Numbered from the stretch's first letter, positions 35,869-46,730 are shown. The stretch: DNA of 64,000 bases from Gammaproteobacteria bacterium (GCA_047611805.1 JBLFWX010000017.1:3703-67702); one strand, 5' to 3'. The notes: generated from the letters alone by a model not told the origin. Translations and numbers: made by a program.

Positions 35869-36152
35869 ACGCAGAGCCTTTGCTGTTAGTGCCAGCATGT
35901 CCCTCAGGATATTCCGAAGCGACGATGGAATTCTTGCAAGCGATTGTATCCAATTTGTTGGGCCGCGTAATCGGGGCGTCAAAGTTAGGGATAGGTACCT
36001 GGATTTAAAAGCGAGCGGCCGAGCTTGAAACAAGAACGTCGCTAACGCACAGGCGCGGAAAAATTCGTTTGGCAGTAGATGAGTGCATGCAAACGTGCAG
36101 TAATGTTTAGAATAGCGCCTGGCGTTAGCCGTCTAGACGCAGAGGAATCGAC

Positions 36153-36929
36153 ATGGATTTGAACGGTAAAGTATCAATCGTCACTGGCGGCGCGAGTGGT
36201 ATCGGCGCAGCCACATGCCGCGCGTTCGCCGCGGCTGGTGCAAAGGTCGTCGTTACCGATATTAATGCCAACGGTGCTTCCCGGCTCGCCGCAGAAATCG
36301 ACGGCCTCGCTATTCCTTGCGATGTGGCTGATGAGAATGCTGTGAATGCTTTAGTCCTGCAGGCTGAAGAGGAACTCGGTCCGATCGATGTGTTTTTTAG
36401 CAACGCTGGCATCGCTACGGGTTGCGGACCTCTCGATACACCAATCGACGTTTGGCATGATCAATGGCAGGTCAATTTAATGGCCCATGTATTCGCTGTG
36501 CGCGCGGTCCTGCCGTCGATGCTGGAACGCGGATCCGGTTACCTAGTTCATACCGCATCGATGGCCGGCATTCTCACGTCACACGGAAACTTGCCCTATG
36601 CGGTAACAAAACACGCTGTGGTTGGCTTGGCCGAATGGCTCTCTGTTACCTATCACGATAAAGGCATTCGCGTGTCTTTGTTGCCACCGCTTGGCGTTAA
36701 TACGCCGATGCTAAATAACGGTGATTCCGCGTTTGCGACGGTCGCAGCCGGGCCAATCAAAGAACCTGAAGAAGTGGCAGCGCAAATTGTTGCGGCGCTC
36801 GAAGCCGAGCAGTTTCTCATTTTGACCGACCCAATCGCGCAAACCTGGATGGAACGCAAAACCAATGATTTAGAACGTTGGCTGAAGGGTATGCGTCGAC
36901 TACAAGGTAAAATCGACAGCATGCGTTAG
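36153..36929 (+). CDS. short-chain dehydrogenase/reductase
   Basis: TGGASGIGAA Rossmann motif, NAG, and YAVTKHAV (YxxxK). Confidence 0.85.
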   Translation: MDLNGKVSIVTGGASGIGAATCRAFAAAGAKVVVTDINANGASRLAAEIDGLAIPCDVADENAVNALVLQAEEELGPIDVFFSNAGIATGCGPLDTPIDVWHDQWQVNLMAHVFAVRAVLPSMLERGSGYLVHTASMAGILTSHGNLPYAVTKHAVVGLAEWLSVTYHDKGIRVSLLPPLGVNTPMLNNGDSAFATVAAGPIKEPEEVAAQIVAALEAEQFLILTDPIAQTWMERKTNDLERWLKGMRRLQGKIDSMR

Positions 36930-37015
36930 TCGTCTGTAATTCTTAATCGCACGACAAACGGATCGTCGCACGATTGATCTTTTTTCACAGTTTAATTTCG
37001 ACGGAGGGGGAACCC

Positions 37016-38251
37016 ATGAGCGCCATTGCTACTGCATTACCTGAGGAAATCGTTGCCGCAACGGACGGTATTTTGAACTTCGTCGAACACGAAGTAATTC
37101 CGCGCCATGAAAAAAATCATGCGTTGTTTGAGGATCCTCGCGCCGTTCATCGCGAAGATGGCAGCTTCTCCGATGAAGTTGTTGCCCTTATTCGAGAAGT
37201 ACGCATGGCATCGGCCGAAGCCGGGTTCTACCACATGTGTGTACCTGAGACGATCGGCGGGGCGGGTCTCGGACATCTTGCTTACTACGTCGCTTGGGAA
37301 GCGCTATTTCATCGCTGCGGACCGCAAAACTGGTTGATGCTCTACGCGCTGTCACACTGGGCGTTTGGTCCGAGTCGCTTACTAGAAAAAGTCACGGAAC
37401 AAGCGCGGGAACGTTTCATGCCTGGGCTCATGGATGGATCGAAATCCATGTGTTTTGGTTTGTCGGAACCGAATGCGGGGTCTGACGCGTCGATGTTGAA
37501 GACGCGCGCCGTGAAGGATGGCGACGGGTGGCGCATAACTGGTCGTAAAATCTGGACAAGCAACGCAGCACTCGCCGATTACTGCGTGTTGTTCGCGATC
37601 ACGGATGCTGAGAAAGCGCGGACGAAACAAGGTGGGATCAGCGCGTTTATCGTGCCGACCGATGCGCCCGGTTTCAATGTGCAGCGCGTGATCCGCCTGT
37701 TCGGGCACATAGGCGGTGACGAAGCCGAATTATCGTTCGACGATCTGTATGTCGAACCCTGGCAGGTGGTTGGAGAATTGGGTGCGGGATTCAAGGCTGC
37801 GCTGTACGGCGTGTCACTCGGCCGAATTTACAATTCCGCGCGCGCGGTGGGTTATGGGCGATGGGCGCTTGAACAAGCGCTGGATTACGCAAACACGCGT
37901 GAGGCTTTTGGTGCGACGATTGCGAATTACCAAGGGGTAACATTTCCATTGGCTGAATCCGCGACGGAATTGCACGCCGCCCATTTGCTAGGCTTGAACG
38001 CGGCGACTTTACTCGATCAAGGTCACAGCGCAATCAAGGAACTTAGTATGGCCAAGGCCTATTCCGTGCAGGTGGGTTTTCGCGCCGTCGACCAAGCGAT
38101 ACAAGCGCACGGCGCAATGGGATTCACCAACGAGCTTGGCTTAACGCACGCTTGGCATTCCTTACGTATCGTTAATGTCGCCGATGGTACGAATGAAATT
38201 CTCAATCGAACGATTGCACAACGGTTGCTTAAGGGCGATGTCTCACTGTGA
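37016..38251 (+). CDS. acyl-CoA dehydrogenase family protein
   Basis: GGAGGGGG SD before the ATG at 37016. ...GLSEPNAGSDAS..., ...QAHGAMGFTNE... Confidence 0.85.
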   Translation: MSAIATALPEEIVAATDGILNFVEHEVIPRHEKNHALFEDPRAVHREDGSFSDEVVALIREVRMASAEAGFYHMCVPETIGGAGLGHLAYYVAWEALFHRCGPQNWLMLYALSHWAFGPSRLLEKVTEQARERFMPGLMDGSKSMCFGLSEPNAGSDASMLKTRAVKDGDGWRITGRKIWTSNAALADYCVLFAITDAEKARTKQGGISAFIVPTDAPGFNVQRVIRLFGHIGGDEAELSFDDLYVEPWQVVGELGAGFKAALYGVSLGRIYNSARAVGYGRWALEQALDYANTREAFGATIANYQGVTFPLAESATELHAAHLLGLNAATLLDQGHSAIKELSMAKAYSVQVGFRAVDQAIQAHGAMGFTNELGLTHAWHSLRIVNVADGTNEILNRTIAQRLLKGDVSL

Positions 38252-38296
38252 TCGTCTATCTGCTTGTCCGAACTACTAAACCGAAGGACTTACGCA

Positions 38297-38572
38297 ATGG
38301 AACATGAAAAAATCGAGGTCGAGCTTGAAACTGGCCAATCGTTAGCTGTGGTCGTATTCAGTAAGACGGCGAACAAAATTCAAGTCGTACTAGGCGAAGG
38401 CGCGCACAGCATGAAATGTGATCTGCTGCCGACGCGTAACGGGATGGCCTACGCGGGTAGTTTGAAAGGTCGCGAGATCATTTACCCTCGATCGCAGGCC
38501 GACGTTCAAGCCGATCTGGATGCGGTGAACCCTGCGTTGCGCAAATCACGGCCGCGTCAGAATAGAACCTAG
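38297..38572 (+). CDS. hypothetical small protein (91 aa)
   Basis: The ORF follows the ACAD gene. No family recognised. Confidence 0.35.
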   Translation: MEHEKIEVELETGQSLAVVVFSKTANKIQVVLGEGAHSMKCDLLPTRNGMAYAGSLKGREIIYPRSQADVQADLDAVNPALRKSRPRQNRT

Positions 38573-38627
38573 TTCAGGTTTACTTGGCGATTGGAAATCC
38601 CCAGACCGTGGGGATCCGGCGGGCACA

Positions 38628-38668
38628 CGACGAGGAAGAATCCTCGTCGCTCAGCTAATGGTTAGCTG
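38628..38668. terminator. tandem hairpins between convergent genes (candidate bidirectional terminator)
   Basis: A 9-bp stem CGACGAGGA-agaa-TCCTCGTCG (38628-38649) is followed by a 7-bp stem CAGCTAA-tgg-TTAGCTG (38652-38668). No clear U-tract. Confidence 0.3.
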
Positions 38669-38669
38669 C

Positions 38670-38963
38670 TTAGCCGTCGAACTTGTCCAAATAGCTAATG
38701 GTCGGCGGCGCGGTGAGAAACGGGCCAAGCTTATCCATCAAGCCTGTTTCGGTGCGCCAGGCCAGATACTTTTCTTGGTGCCCGCGCGAATCCCACAATT
38801 CGTAGAATAATACGTGTCCGGGTTTGTCCTGATCCGTCAAGATGTCGAATGAAACGCATCCAGCGTAACTGCGAGTATCCGGGGCGATACCTTTTATAAA
38901 GCCCAAAAACTCGTCCTTACGTGCGGGGTCGATCGAAAGGTCAATTGTTACTGCAGTTGCCAT
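38670..38963 (-). CDS. antibiotic-biosynthesis-monooxygenase (ABM) domain protein
   Basis: 97 aa with ferredoxin-like ABM length and the pattern ...GCVSFDILTDQDKPGHVLFYELWDSRGHQEKYLAWR.... Confidence 0.7.
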   Translation of the reverse strand: MATAVTIDLSIDPARKDEFLGFIKGIAPDTRSYAGCVSFDILTDQDKPGHVLFYELWDSRGHQEKYLAWRTETGLMDKLGPFLTAPPTISYLDKFDG

Positions 38964-39213
38964 GCACTGCCTCCTCAGAAGAATTGTCTAGCGTGGATAA
39001 TATATTGCCGACACAGTATAGATCCGAATCGAACGTAGCCCCGAAATAATCGCGCCGACCAATAGCTTGTGTGATGGTTGCTGAATCTCGTGCACGGATC
39101 GGAGAGCGGCCTCGGACTCCGCGGCATACCACCACCTAGCGCGACTACGCGCTTCGAACTCCTACATATTTCCGCGTGTGCGACGCTGACGGTTGCCGAG
39201 GTCCCACAGGCGC

Positions 39214-40191
39214 TTAGGATCCGCGAATGATGGACGAACGACGAAACTCATCGTCGGGATACACGCGACCGTTTTTGAGGCAGTCATAGATATGATTAAA
39301 AACCTTGCCTGCCGTGCCGCGCCTGCGGCCCGAACGAAAGTACGAATGGCCTTTCGGTTTGTCGTAGACGTTATTGACGTCGTCGCAATCGACGCTATAG
39401 ACATTCTTCGGTGTCTGGTCGATGTCTTCCGGTCCGGTATGGCCGAGTCTTCGCGAAGCGATCCTGTTTTTTAAATTTGCCGCCTTGCTTGCGCGTAGCG
39501 CCAAGTCGTCTGAAGCGTGGTATACGACGACATTGCGCGAAGCATGGCAAATCAACTCGCCCGTTTTCCCGACATGCAAGGTTTCGTTGACTACATCTGC
39601 GGCAACCATGAATGTATTCCTGAATAGTAAGGGCGTGCCGGCAGCTAAGTCGTATTTGTTCCATGCCCACAAGGTTCCGCGAAGTACGCGATTACCCATC
39701 GAATGGGCGAGAATATTCAGGCGTTTAAAACACGGATCTGATTGTGGATTCACTTCTTCGCTATTTCGCCAGGCAATGAATTTCTGCAACACGCGGGCAA
39801 AGGAGTAGGCGCTTTGGTCGGCGGCCTTTTGGTCGTCCCAGTAATCTTTCACGACACCTACGTCGTTGTCACACGGCCAAATCAGGGGGATCACGAGTAC
39901 TTCGTCGTTATCTTTTTTATCGCACAACTTCTGAAATTCTTGCGCCGCTTTGAACACATCTTCAGGAAGGTTCGCAAACCCATGGATATAGATGAGTATC
40001 TGCCGGCTTTTAGAACGTTTCAGGCGTGCCAAGAACTCCTCGCTGCCAATCTCGATATTCGAGCTTGCGCTCTGCCTGGAACAAAAGAAGACCGAATTAC
40101 TCGGTGCGTTACTGTCCAGGTTGAAGGTGAAGTCGCGACCGAACCGGGTCCGAATGCTTTGTGTGGGAAATCGATTGGTAATGAACAACAT
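39214..40191 (-). CDS. DUF900-type alpha/beta hydrolase
   Basis: 325 aa. ILIYIHGFAN, the nucleophile elbow ILAHSMGNRVL, and a late ...VYHASDDLAL.... Confidence 0.65.
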   Translation of the reverse strand: MLFITNRFPTQSIRTRFGRDFTFNLDSNAPSNSVFFCSRQSASSNIEIGSEEFLARLKRSKSRQILIYIHGFANLPEDVFKAAQEFQKLCDKKDNDEVLVIPLIWPCDNDVGVVKDYWDDQKAADQSAYSFARVLQKFIAWRNSEEVNPQSDPCFKRLNILAHSMGNRVLRGTLWAWNKYDLAAGTPLLFRNTFMVAADVVNETLHVGKTGELICHASRNVVVYHASDDLALRASKAANLKNRIASRRLGHTGPEDIDQTPKNVYSVDCDDVNNVYDKPKGHSYFRSGRRRGTAGKVFNHIYDCLKNGRVYPDDEFRRSSIIRGS

Positions 40192-40410
40192 CTGATTCGC
40201 CTCCTTTGAATCACAAGTGCGTCAATTGCGCAAAATAGACTAGTCGACAGCCTGCGGACAGGCAAGCGAACCGAATGGCTGAGCACCCGGCCTGGTTCTA
40301 TCGTGTCAAGCCAGGGATAACGCCGTACCGAAAGGTCGAGCTTAACGGATGAGTGGACGTGATCACGCGACCAGTGGAATACTAGTGCGACATGCCCTTG
40401 TGAGAACGAA

Positions 40411-41268
40411 ATGATGCCGCTAACTATTCAGCCTACTGCCGCTTCGCTCGGCGCGACGATAACGAACGTCTCCTTGAGTTCACTAGATGACGCAAGTTGG
40501 AAGGAAATTGAATCTGCCTTCTATGAATTCGGCGTGTTGATTTTTCCAGGCCAGCATTTGTCTGCTCAGGCGCAAGTTGCGTTCGCGCAACGCTTCGGCG
40601 AATTGGAGATTTTGGTCGAGAATCTGAAAACCATTCCCGTGTCTAATCAAGACGGGACCGGCGCTTTAGTCAACGAAGATTCACATCAAATGAAACTTTT
40701 GATGGGTAACGAAGGCTGGCATACCGATAGCTCGTACATGCCCCTGTCTGCGAAAGCCTCAGTCTTGTCGGCTCATGTCCTACCATCTGTCGGAGGGGAG
40801 ACAGAGTGGGCCGATCCGCGAGCGGCGTACGACGCGCTCGACGTGGACACGAAGCGAAAGATTGCGAGTCTCAACGCCTACCACTCCTATTTCGCCTCGC
40901 AAGCGAAAATTGGTCATGAAGTTGCCGTCGGAGCCGGTTATGGATTCTTCGAAGGCGAGCCACCGTTGCGACCGTTAACGAAAGTGCATCCCGTGACAGG
41001 TCGTACCGCGTTGTACGTCGGCCGTCATGCAGGTCGGATCCCAGATCTAGAGGATGACGAGGCTCAAGCTTTACTGGATAAATTAATGTCGCTCACCTGT
41101 GAGCCGTCGCGAACGTTCAAGCACACATGGCAAGTAGGCGATGTCGCGGTTTGGGATAATCGTTGCGTGCTACATCGAGCGCGACCTTACGATCATCGTG
41201 AGGTGCGCGTGATGGAACACACGCGCATAAAGGGTGATCCGGCGACCGAATCCGCTCTCAACGCATGA
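40411..41268 (+). CDS. TauD/TfdA-family Fe(II)/2-oxoglutarate dioxygenase
   Basis: WHTDSSY (HxD) and a C-terminal ...WDNRCVLHRA.... Confidence 0.85.
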   Translation: MMPLTIQPTAASLGATITNVSLSSLDDASWKEIESAFYEFGVLIFPGQHLSAQAQVAFAQRFGELEILVENLKTIPVSNQDGTGALVNEDSHQMKLLMGNEGWHTDSSYMPLSAKASVLSAHVLPSVGGETEWADPRAAYDALDVDTKRKIASLNAYHSYFASQAKIGHEVAVGAGYGFFEGEPPLRPLTKVHPVTGRTALYVGRHAGRIPDLEDDEAQALLDKLMSLTCEPSRTFKHTWQVGDVAVWDNRCVLHRARPYDHREVRVMEHTRIKGDPATESALNA

Positions 41269-41290
41269 TCACGGATTACTAAGCGCGAAC

Positions 41291-42085
41291 TCAACCAATG
41301 AGCGCGGACTGACCGCCGTCTACGGGTAAGCATACACCGGTAATAAACTTTGCCTCATCCGAGGCGAGGAACAACGCGGCGTTCGCGACGTCCCAAGCTG
41401 ATCCCATTTCATTACCGAGTGGCACACTCGCATTCCGTCGTGCGACCAAGGCATCGCGATCATGACCCGCCGCCACGTAACCCTCGATGGCCATCGGCGT
41501 ATTCATGAGTCCGGGCATGATCACGTTGGCGCGGATCCCGAATTTTGCACTGCCGGTCGCTAAGCTGTGTGTATAGGCATTTAAGGCCGCCTTCGATGCC
41601 TTGTAGCTCACTAGACCCACTTCGCAAATTGCAGCAATGGAAGAAATATTAATGATGCTGCCGACGCCTTGCTTGCGCATCACCGGTAGCGCGTATTTGC
41701 ACGTAAACATAATTGCTTTGAGATTCACGTTAAAGATCTGGTCCCATACCTCTTCGGTGATCGAAGTCGGACCACTATCGTGCGTGCCGATGCCAACGTT
41801 ATTGTGCAATATATCCATGCGGCCATAGCGTTCGACGCATGTATCAGTGATCGATTTGCATTGCGCTTCGTCCGTTACCTCAGCAACTAACACGCTGCCG
41901 GAGCCGCCGCGCTGGTGAATCATGGCTAAGGTTTGTTCCGCCGATTCGATGTTGCGATCGACGAGTAAGACAGTTGCGCCTTCTTCGGCGAATCGGATCG
42001 CCGTTGCGCGCCCGTTACCAATCGTCGCGCCCGGGGTCTGCCCAGCACCAACGACAACCGCAATTTTATTTGCTAAGCGGTCCAT
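41291..42085 (-). CDS. short-chain dehydrogenase/reductase
   Basis: MDRLANKIAVVVGAGQTPGATIGNG, NNVG, YKASKAAL. Confidence 0.85.
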   Translation of the reverse strand: MDRLANKIAVVVGAGQTPGATIGNGRATAIRFAEEGATVLLVDRNIESAEQTLAMIHQRGGSGSVLVAEVTDEAQCKSITDTCVERYGRMDILHNNVGIGTHDSGPTSITEEVWDQIFNVNLKAIMFTCKYALPVMRKQGVGSIINISSIAAICEVGLVSYKASKAALNAYTHSLATGSAKFGIRANVIMPGLMNTPMAIEGYVAAGHDRDALVARRNASVPLGNEMGSAWDVANAALFLASDEAKFITGVCLPVDGGQSALIG

Positions 42086-42371
42086 GTTTGTCCCTCGACT
42101 GTTCCGTCCTCGCAACCAACCGTTGGGGTTTTATTACTCCCATCCAGTAGGCGAAAAAGGCAGATGTTGAATTTCAGTACCGTACAAGCTGCGCTGGCGA
42201 GGCACTCTGAACCCGGCGATAAAATGTGAGTGGCGCGTTGCCATAAGATTATCTCGTTAGGCGGAAATCAGTTTAGCAGTTCGATTCCGACGATCTAGTA
42301 CCATCGCGACGTAGCGCTGTTGAACTAATCGACGAGCTGTTCTCCAGAAAGAAAAAAGCCGGCCCTAATTT

Positions 42372-42803
42372 CTATTGAGGCTCTGATCGCACGGTTGCCT
42401 GGTGGATCTTCTGGCCGCCACGCTCGGCGATAATAATTTCCACGGCTTGGCCGATCGATAATGTTTCAACGTTACAGCCGACAACGTTCGTAATCATTTC
42501 TGGTCCTTCTTGTAAGCTAACGACTCCTACGACGTAAGGCAGCCGCCCTTCGAAATACGGGTGATAGGGTTTGTCGAACACGACAAAGGTACGCACGGTT
42601 GCGTTGCGTGAAGCGGCTGTCCAGCGAAGGGAATCCGCACTCGATCGACATTGTAAGCACGTCTGAGATCGCAGATAGCACGCGCCGCAAGGGCAGTGGG
42701 CAACGACAAAATTGCCTGCATCGATTGCATCCCAAAACGGTTTGTCTTCTATCGCGACGATCCTTTGTGGGGCGCTCGGATCATCGGTGGAATTCTCGGT
42801 CAC
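42372..42803 (-). CDS. DUF35 Zn-ribbon/OB-fold protein (thiolase partner)
   Basis: CPCGACY...CLQC ribbon followed by an OB-fold. It lies directly downstream of a thiolase-like gene. Confidence 0.8.
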   Translation of the reverse strand: MTENSTDDPSAPQRIVAIEDKPFWDAIDAGNFVVAHCPCGACYLRSQTCLQCRSSADSLRWTAASRNATVRTFVVFDKPYHPYFEGRLPYVVGVVSLQEGPEMITNVVGCNVETLSIGQAVEIIIAERGGQKIHQATVRSEPQ

Positions 42804-42819
42804 GGTGATTCTCCCAACA

Positions 42820-43959
42820 CTATTGCGTACCCATGATCACGACAGACTGTGCCTGACCCGCGCCTGTGATACCGACGTTCGTGACTAACGCGGTACGGGC
42901 ATCTCGGACTTGGGTCGCACCGCCTTCACCGCGTAACTGGCGGATCCCTTCGGCGACGTGTGTAAAGCCTTGCACATAGCCCCAGGAGTGCAAGGTGCCC
43001 GAGGTATTGCACGGTCGATGTGAATTCCAACGAAAATTTCCCGCTCTGATCCAATCGCCCGCTTCGCCTGGGCCGCACAGTCCATAGGCTTCAAGCTGCA
43101 AGGCGACGATGATCGTAAACGCATCGTAGAACTCAAAAACATCTATATCGGCGATCTCGAGACCGGCGCTCGCGAAAGCCCGTTCGCGTGCCGGGTCTAC
43201 GTTAAAATCGGGTAAGCCCATCGCGATATTCGTGTTCCGTCCATAAGCTTGGCCGACATCATGACAAGCGCCCATGCCGAGGATCTCAACCGGTGTTGTA
43301 TTAAGATCGTTTGCTCGTTCCTTGGTTGTTACGATAAATGCGATGGCACCGTCAGTCACTAAACAATAATCAAGTAGGTGTAAGGGCCGAACGATGAAAC
43401 GTGAATTTTGATGATCCGATACGGTGATGGGTTTATTCGAACGAAACGCATCTCCTCGCCCTACGGCGTTGCCGCGTAGCGCTACCGCTATCTCAGCGAG
43501 ATCCGCCGAGCTCGTTTGGTATTTGTGGAAATAACTTTGCGCCATCATGGCAGATTGCGCACCTGGTGAAAAAAGCCCGAACACGGCGTGCTCGTTTTCT
43601 TCGCCAGCACCGATCGTCAATGTTTGCGAGCGCGCGTTCGTCGCATGTACGCACACAACGTACTCGGCCGCGCCGGCTTCAATTAAGCCAATTGCAGAAG
43701 CAATCGAGAGGATCCCGGTGGCGCCACTCGAATTAATTTGCATGGTGACGTTCGCGCCGAGGCCGGCTCGACTCGCCGCCATGCCTGCGGCCCCTGCGCC
43801 AAATCCTGGTTGGAATATGTAGCCGTTGAGATCGCGCCGGTCGATCCCCGAATCGGTGATCGCAAGTTCGACCGCATCCCAGGCGAGTTTCTCCGCGCTC
43901 GTGTCAGGAATTAGTCCTTGAGGGGTGACCCCCAATCCTGCGATGGCATATTTCGACAT
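42820..43959 (-). CDS. thiolase-like (SCP-x/lipid-transfer type) protein
   Basis: 379 aa with thiolase-fold length and sequence. It is paired with DUF35, as is typical. Confidence 0.8.
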   Translation of the reverse strand: MSKYAIAGLGVTPQGLIPDTSAEKLAWDAVELAITDSGIDRRDLNGYIFQPGFGAGAAGMAASRAGLGANVTMQINSSGATGILSIASAIGLIEAGAAEYVVCVHATNARSQTLTIGAGEENEHAVFGLFSPGAQSAMMAQSYFHKYQTSSADLAEIAVALRGNAVGRGDAFRSNKPITVSDHQNSRFIVRPLHLLDYCLVTDGAIAFIVTTKERANDLNTTPVEILGMGACHDVGQAYGRNTNIAMGLPDFNVDPARERAFASAGLEIADIDVFEFYDAFTIIVALQLEAYGLCGPGEAGDWIRAGNFRWNSHRPCNTSGTLHSWGYVQGFTHVAEGIRQLRGEGGATQVRDARTALVTNVGITGAGQAQSVVIMGTQ

Positions 43960-44256
43960 GTCGTGTTTCCAATTCTCTGGGGTGCTTCGGACGGACCCCT
44001 CGGATCATACTACCTGTTGTGCCAGCTTCCGCTATGCCAATGCGCGATACGGTTCACGTCGACCTCGTCTATGAGGAATCTTGGTGCGCACGAGGTCACT
44101 CATCGATCGCGGCAAGCGCCGCCATGGCGCTGCTCCAATATTTACCATCATAATGGGCAACGCAAATCGAGTGAGCGGCTGTCACCTAGTGGATCCGTGT
44201 GGCTGGATTGGCAAACGAATCAATTTTCCACGAGGGATCAACGGAGTGCCTAATTC

Positions 44257-45501
44257 ATGAGTCTCTATCGTGATTTTGATCATCTAGCGCCGCCGATCGG
44301 AACCGACGGCACACCATTTGAATACTATGAGCAGTTGCGTGATGAAGCGCTTACTACCAACACCCCGATCGGTTGGAGTGAGCATCATGGCGGCTTTTGG
44401 GTTGTCACGGGATGGCAGGCCGCGCGTGATGTCTATCTCGACCATCAGAATATTTCGAGCCGAGTAGTGGCCCTACCGCAGTACCAAACTTCAACCGGCA
44501 ATCGCATGATCTTGGCAGAAGAGGACGAACCGGCCCACAAGACTCATCGACGCTTGGTTAACACGCCATTCTCACCAGGCAACGCCGAGAAGATCGACGC
44601 ACAAGTACGAACCACGGCGAATCAACTGATCGATGGTTTTATCGGTCATGGTCGGGTGGAATTCTGTCACGTGTTTGGTGACCGTATGACTGAGCGAGTG
44701 GCTGCCATCATGCTCGGCTTGCCACCGGATGACGGCACCATGCACCGTCAATGGACCCATGCTGCGACACATGGCATCTACACGGATCGAGGCGCCGCCG
44801 AGTTGCAAATGCGCGAGCTCGACGCCTATTGGGAAGCGCTGATTGCGGAGAAGCGTTTGCGCCCGACCAACGATGTGTTTTCGATCGTCGTGCATTCTGA
44901 AATCGAAGGCGAGAAACTGTCGCAGACGCAGCTGAAAGACTTCTTCACGATTTTACTATTGGCGGCGATTGATAACACGACTCGATTGCTCAACACCGTG
45001 GGTTGGCGCTTGGCTTGGGATCACGACTTACGCCGTCGATTAGCAGCTAATCCGGATTCGATACCGGCAGCAGTCGAAGAATTTGTGCGACTTTATGCGC
45101 CAGCCGTCATTTTTCGTGTGGTCGAAAATGATGTCAGCATGCACGGGGTCGAGATGAAAAAAGACCAGCACATTTGTTTGGTTGCGCAGCTCGCCAATCG
45201 CGATCCGCGCGAGTTTCCGTATCCGGATAACTTGATCGCAGAGCGATCACCGAATCGTCATCTCACCTTAGGGACTGGCATTCATCGCTGTCTCGGATTG
45301 CATCTCGTGAAGGTCGAGCTCCGGGTTGCGATCCAAGAATTGCTGCGCCGCATTCCCACTTTTGCGCTCGACCCGGAACGCAAGCCGTGCTGGGAATGCG
45401 GGCAAGTAAGCGGCATGAACGAGGTGCCCATTGTTTTCCCGCGCGGCGGCGGCTTGAATGCACATTGGACACCGGCTTTAGCGTTGGCGTTGAGCGAGTA
45501 A
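44257..45501 (+). CDS. cytochrome P450
   Basis: Heme-ligand loop LTLGTGIHRCLGLHL, EEFVRLY (ExxR), and the I-helix LLLAAIDNTT. Confidence 0.9.
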   Translation: MSLYRDFDHLAPPIGTDGTPFEYYEQLRDEALTTNTPIGWSEHHGGFWVVTGWQAARDVYLDHQNISSRVVALPQYQTSTGNRMILAEEDEPAHKTHRRLVNTPFSPGNAEKIDAQVRTTANQLIDGFIGHGRVEFCHVFGDRMTERVAAIMLGLPPDDGTMHRQWTHAATHGIYTDRGAAELQMRELDAYWEALIAEKRLRPTNDVFSIVVHSEIEGEKLSQTQLKDFFTILLLAAIDNTTRLLNTVGWRLAWDHDLRRRLAANPDSIPAAVEEFVRLYAPAVIFRVVENDVSMHGVEMKKDQHICLVAQLANRDPREFPYPDNLIAERSPNRHLTLGTGIHRCLGLHLVKVELRVAIQELLRRIPTFALDPERKPCWECGQVSGMNEVPIVFPRGGGLNAHWTPALALALSE

Positions 45502-45699
45502 TCTCCAGGTTCGGATTGTATTTAGAAGATTATCGTCAAAACTTGAGGCACAGAGCGTCGTGCTCTGAACCGCGCTTCCCGCGCGAAAGGCATTGCCTGC
45601 GCAACGCGATATGACGTTCGATAGCTGTTCATTGAACGCCTGCCCCGATATATTGCTACCCCCTGTCCGTTAAAAAAACGACTCATCGCGGAGACTAAT

Positions 45700-46728
45700 A
45701 TGGCGACGAAAATAGATTTTGGGATGTTTGATTGGCTCGATCGTGCACCGGGTACGACAGCTGATCTGTACGAGTCGCGGATTCAGCTAATCGCCCGCGC
45801 CGATGAAGCGGGTTTCTACGGCTACCACATGGCTGAGCATCACGGCACCGCACTTGGCATGTCGCCATCGCCGTCACTATTTTTTGCCGCGCTTGCGCAA
45901 CGCACGAAAAATATTCGCTTTAGCCCGATGGCGTTTTTATTGCCGATGTACCATCCGGTACGCTTAATCGAAGAGGTGTGCATGCTTGATCACCTTTCCA
46001 ACGGTCGCGTGGAAGTTGGGATCAGCCGTGGCGTCTCGCCGCATGAGATCAGATGCTTTGGAATCGACCCGGATGAGACGCGAGAAATATTTGCGGAGAC
46101 CTTAGAAATATTTCGTCTTGGTATGGCAAACGACGTACTCAATTACAGCGGTAAGCATTTCACGTTTCGCGACGCGCCAATGCCCATTAAGCCGCTGCAG
46201 TTACCGCATCCCCCAATCTGGTATCCGTCGTTTAGCGAAGCGGGTGCTACGTATGCAGCGGAAAACGGTTTTCACTACATGAGCCTCGGGCCGCCCTCGT
46301 TAACGGCAGCACTTAATAAGATTTATCGCGATGTGGCCGCAGCGCACCCTGAAGTAGCGCAGCGAATGAACGGTGGTGCGCCGAAGATTGGCGCGAACCG
46401 ACAAATCTTTATCGCTGAGACGGAAGAGGAAGCAATCAAGATTGCAAAACCCGCCTACGAATATTGGTACAAGTCGATCACAGAGCTATGGCATCGTAAT
46501 TCTGATCATACCTACGACGAATTCTTTAGCTGGGATCCGTGTTTCGCAGGCGAAGTCATTTTGATCGGATCGGTCGACAAAGTGCGCGACCAAATTCAGA
46601 AAATCGTCGACGATTGCGGAATTAATTATTTCATTGGATCGTTCGCCTGGGGTTCTCTCACCCCAGAGCAAAGTCGCCGATCACTCGACCTATTCATCTC
46701 GGAGATCATGCCGACGATAAAAGCCTAG
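45700..46728 (+). CDS. LLM-class (luciferase-like) flavin-dependent oxidoreductase
   Basis: 342 aa. ...FYGYHMAEHHGT..., ...LDHLSNGRVEVGISRG... Confidence 0.8.
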   Translation: MATKIDFGMFDWLDRAPGTTADLYESRIQLIARADEAGFYGYHMAEHHGTALGMSPSPSLFFAALAQRTKNIRFSPMAFLLPMYHPVRLIEEVCMLDHLSNGRVEVGISRGVSPHEIRCFGIDPDETREIFAETLEIFRLGMANDVLNYSGKHFTFRDAPMPIKPLQLPHPPIWYPSFSEAGATYAAENGFHYMSLGPPSLTAALNKIYRDVAAAHPEVAQRMNGGAPKIGANRQIFIAETEEEAIKIAKPAYEYWYKSITELWHRNSDHTYDEFFSWDPCFAGEVILIGSVDKVRDQIQKIVDDCGINYFIGSFAWGSLTPEQSRRSLDLFISEIMPTIKA

Positions 46729-46730
46729 GA

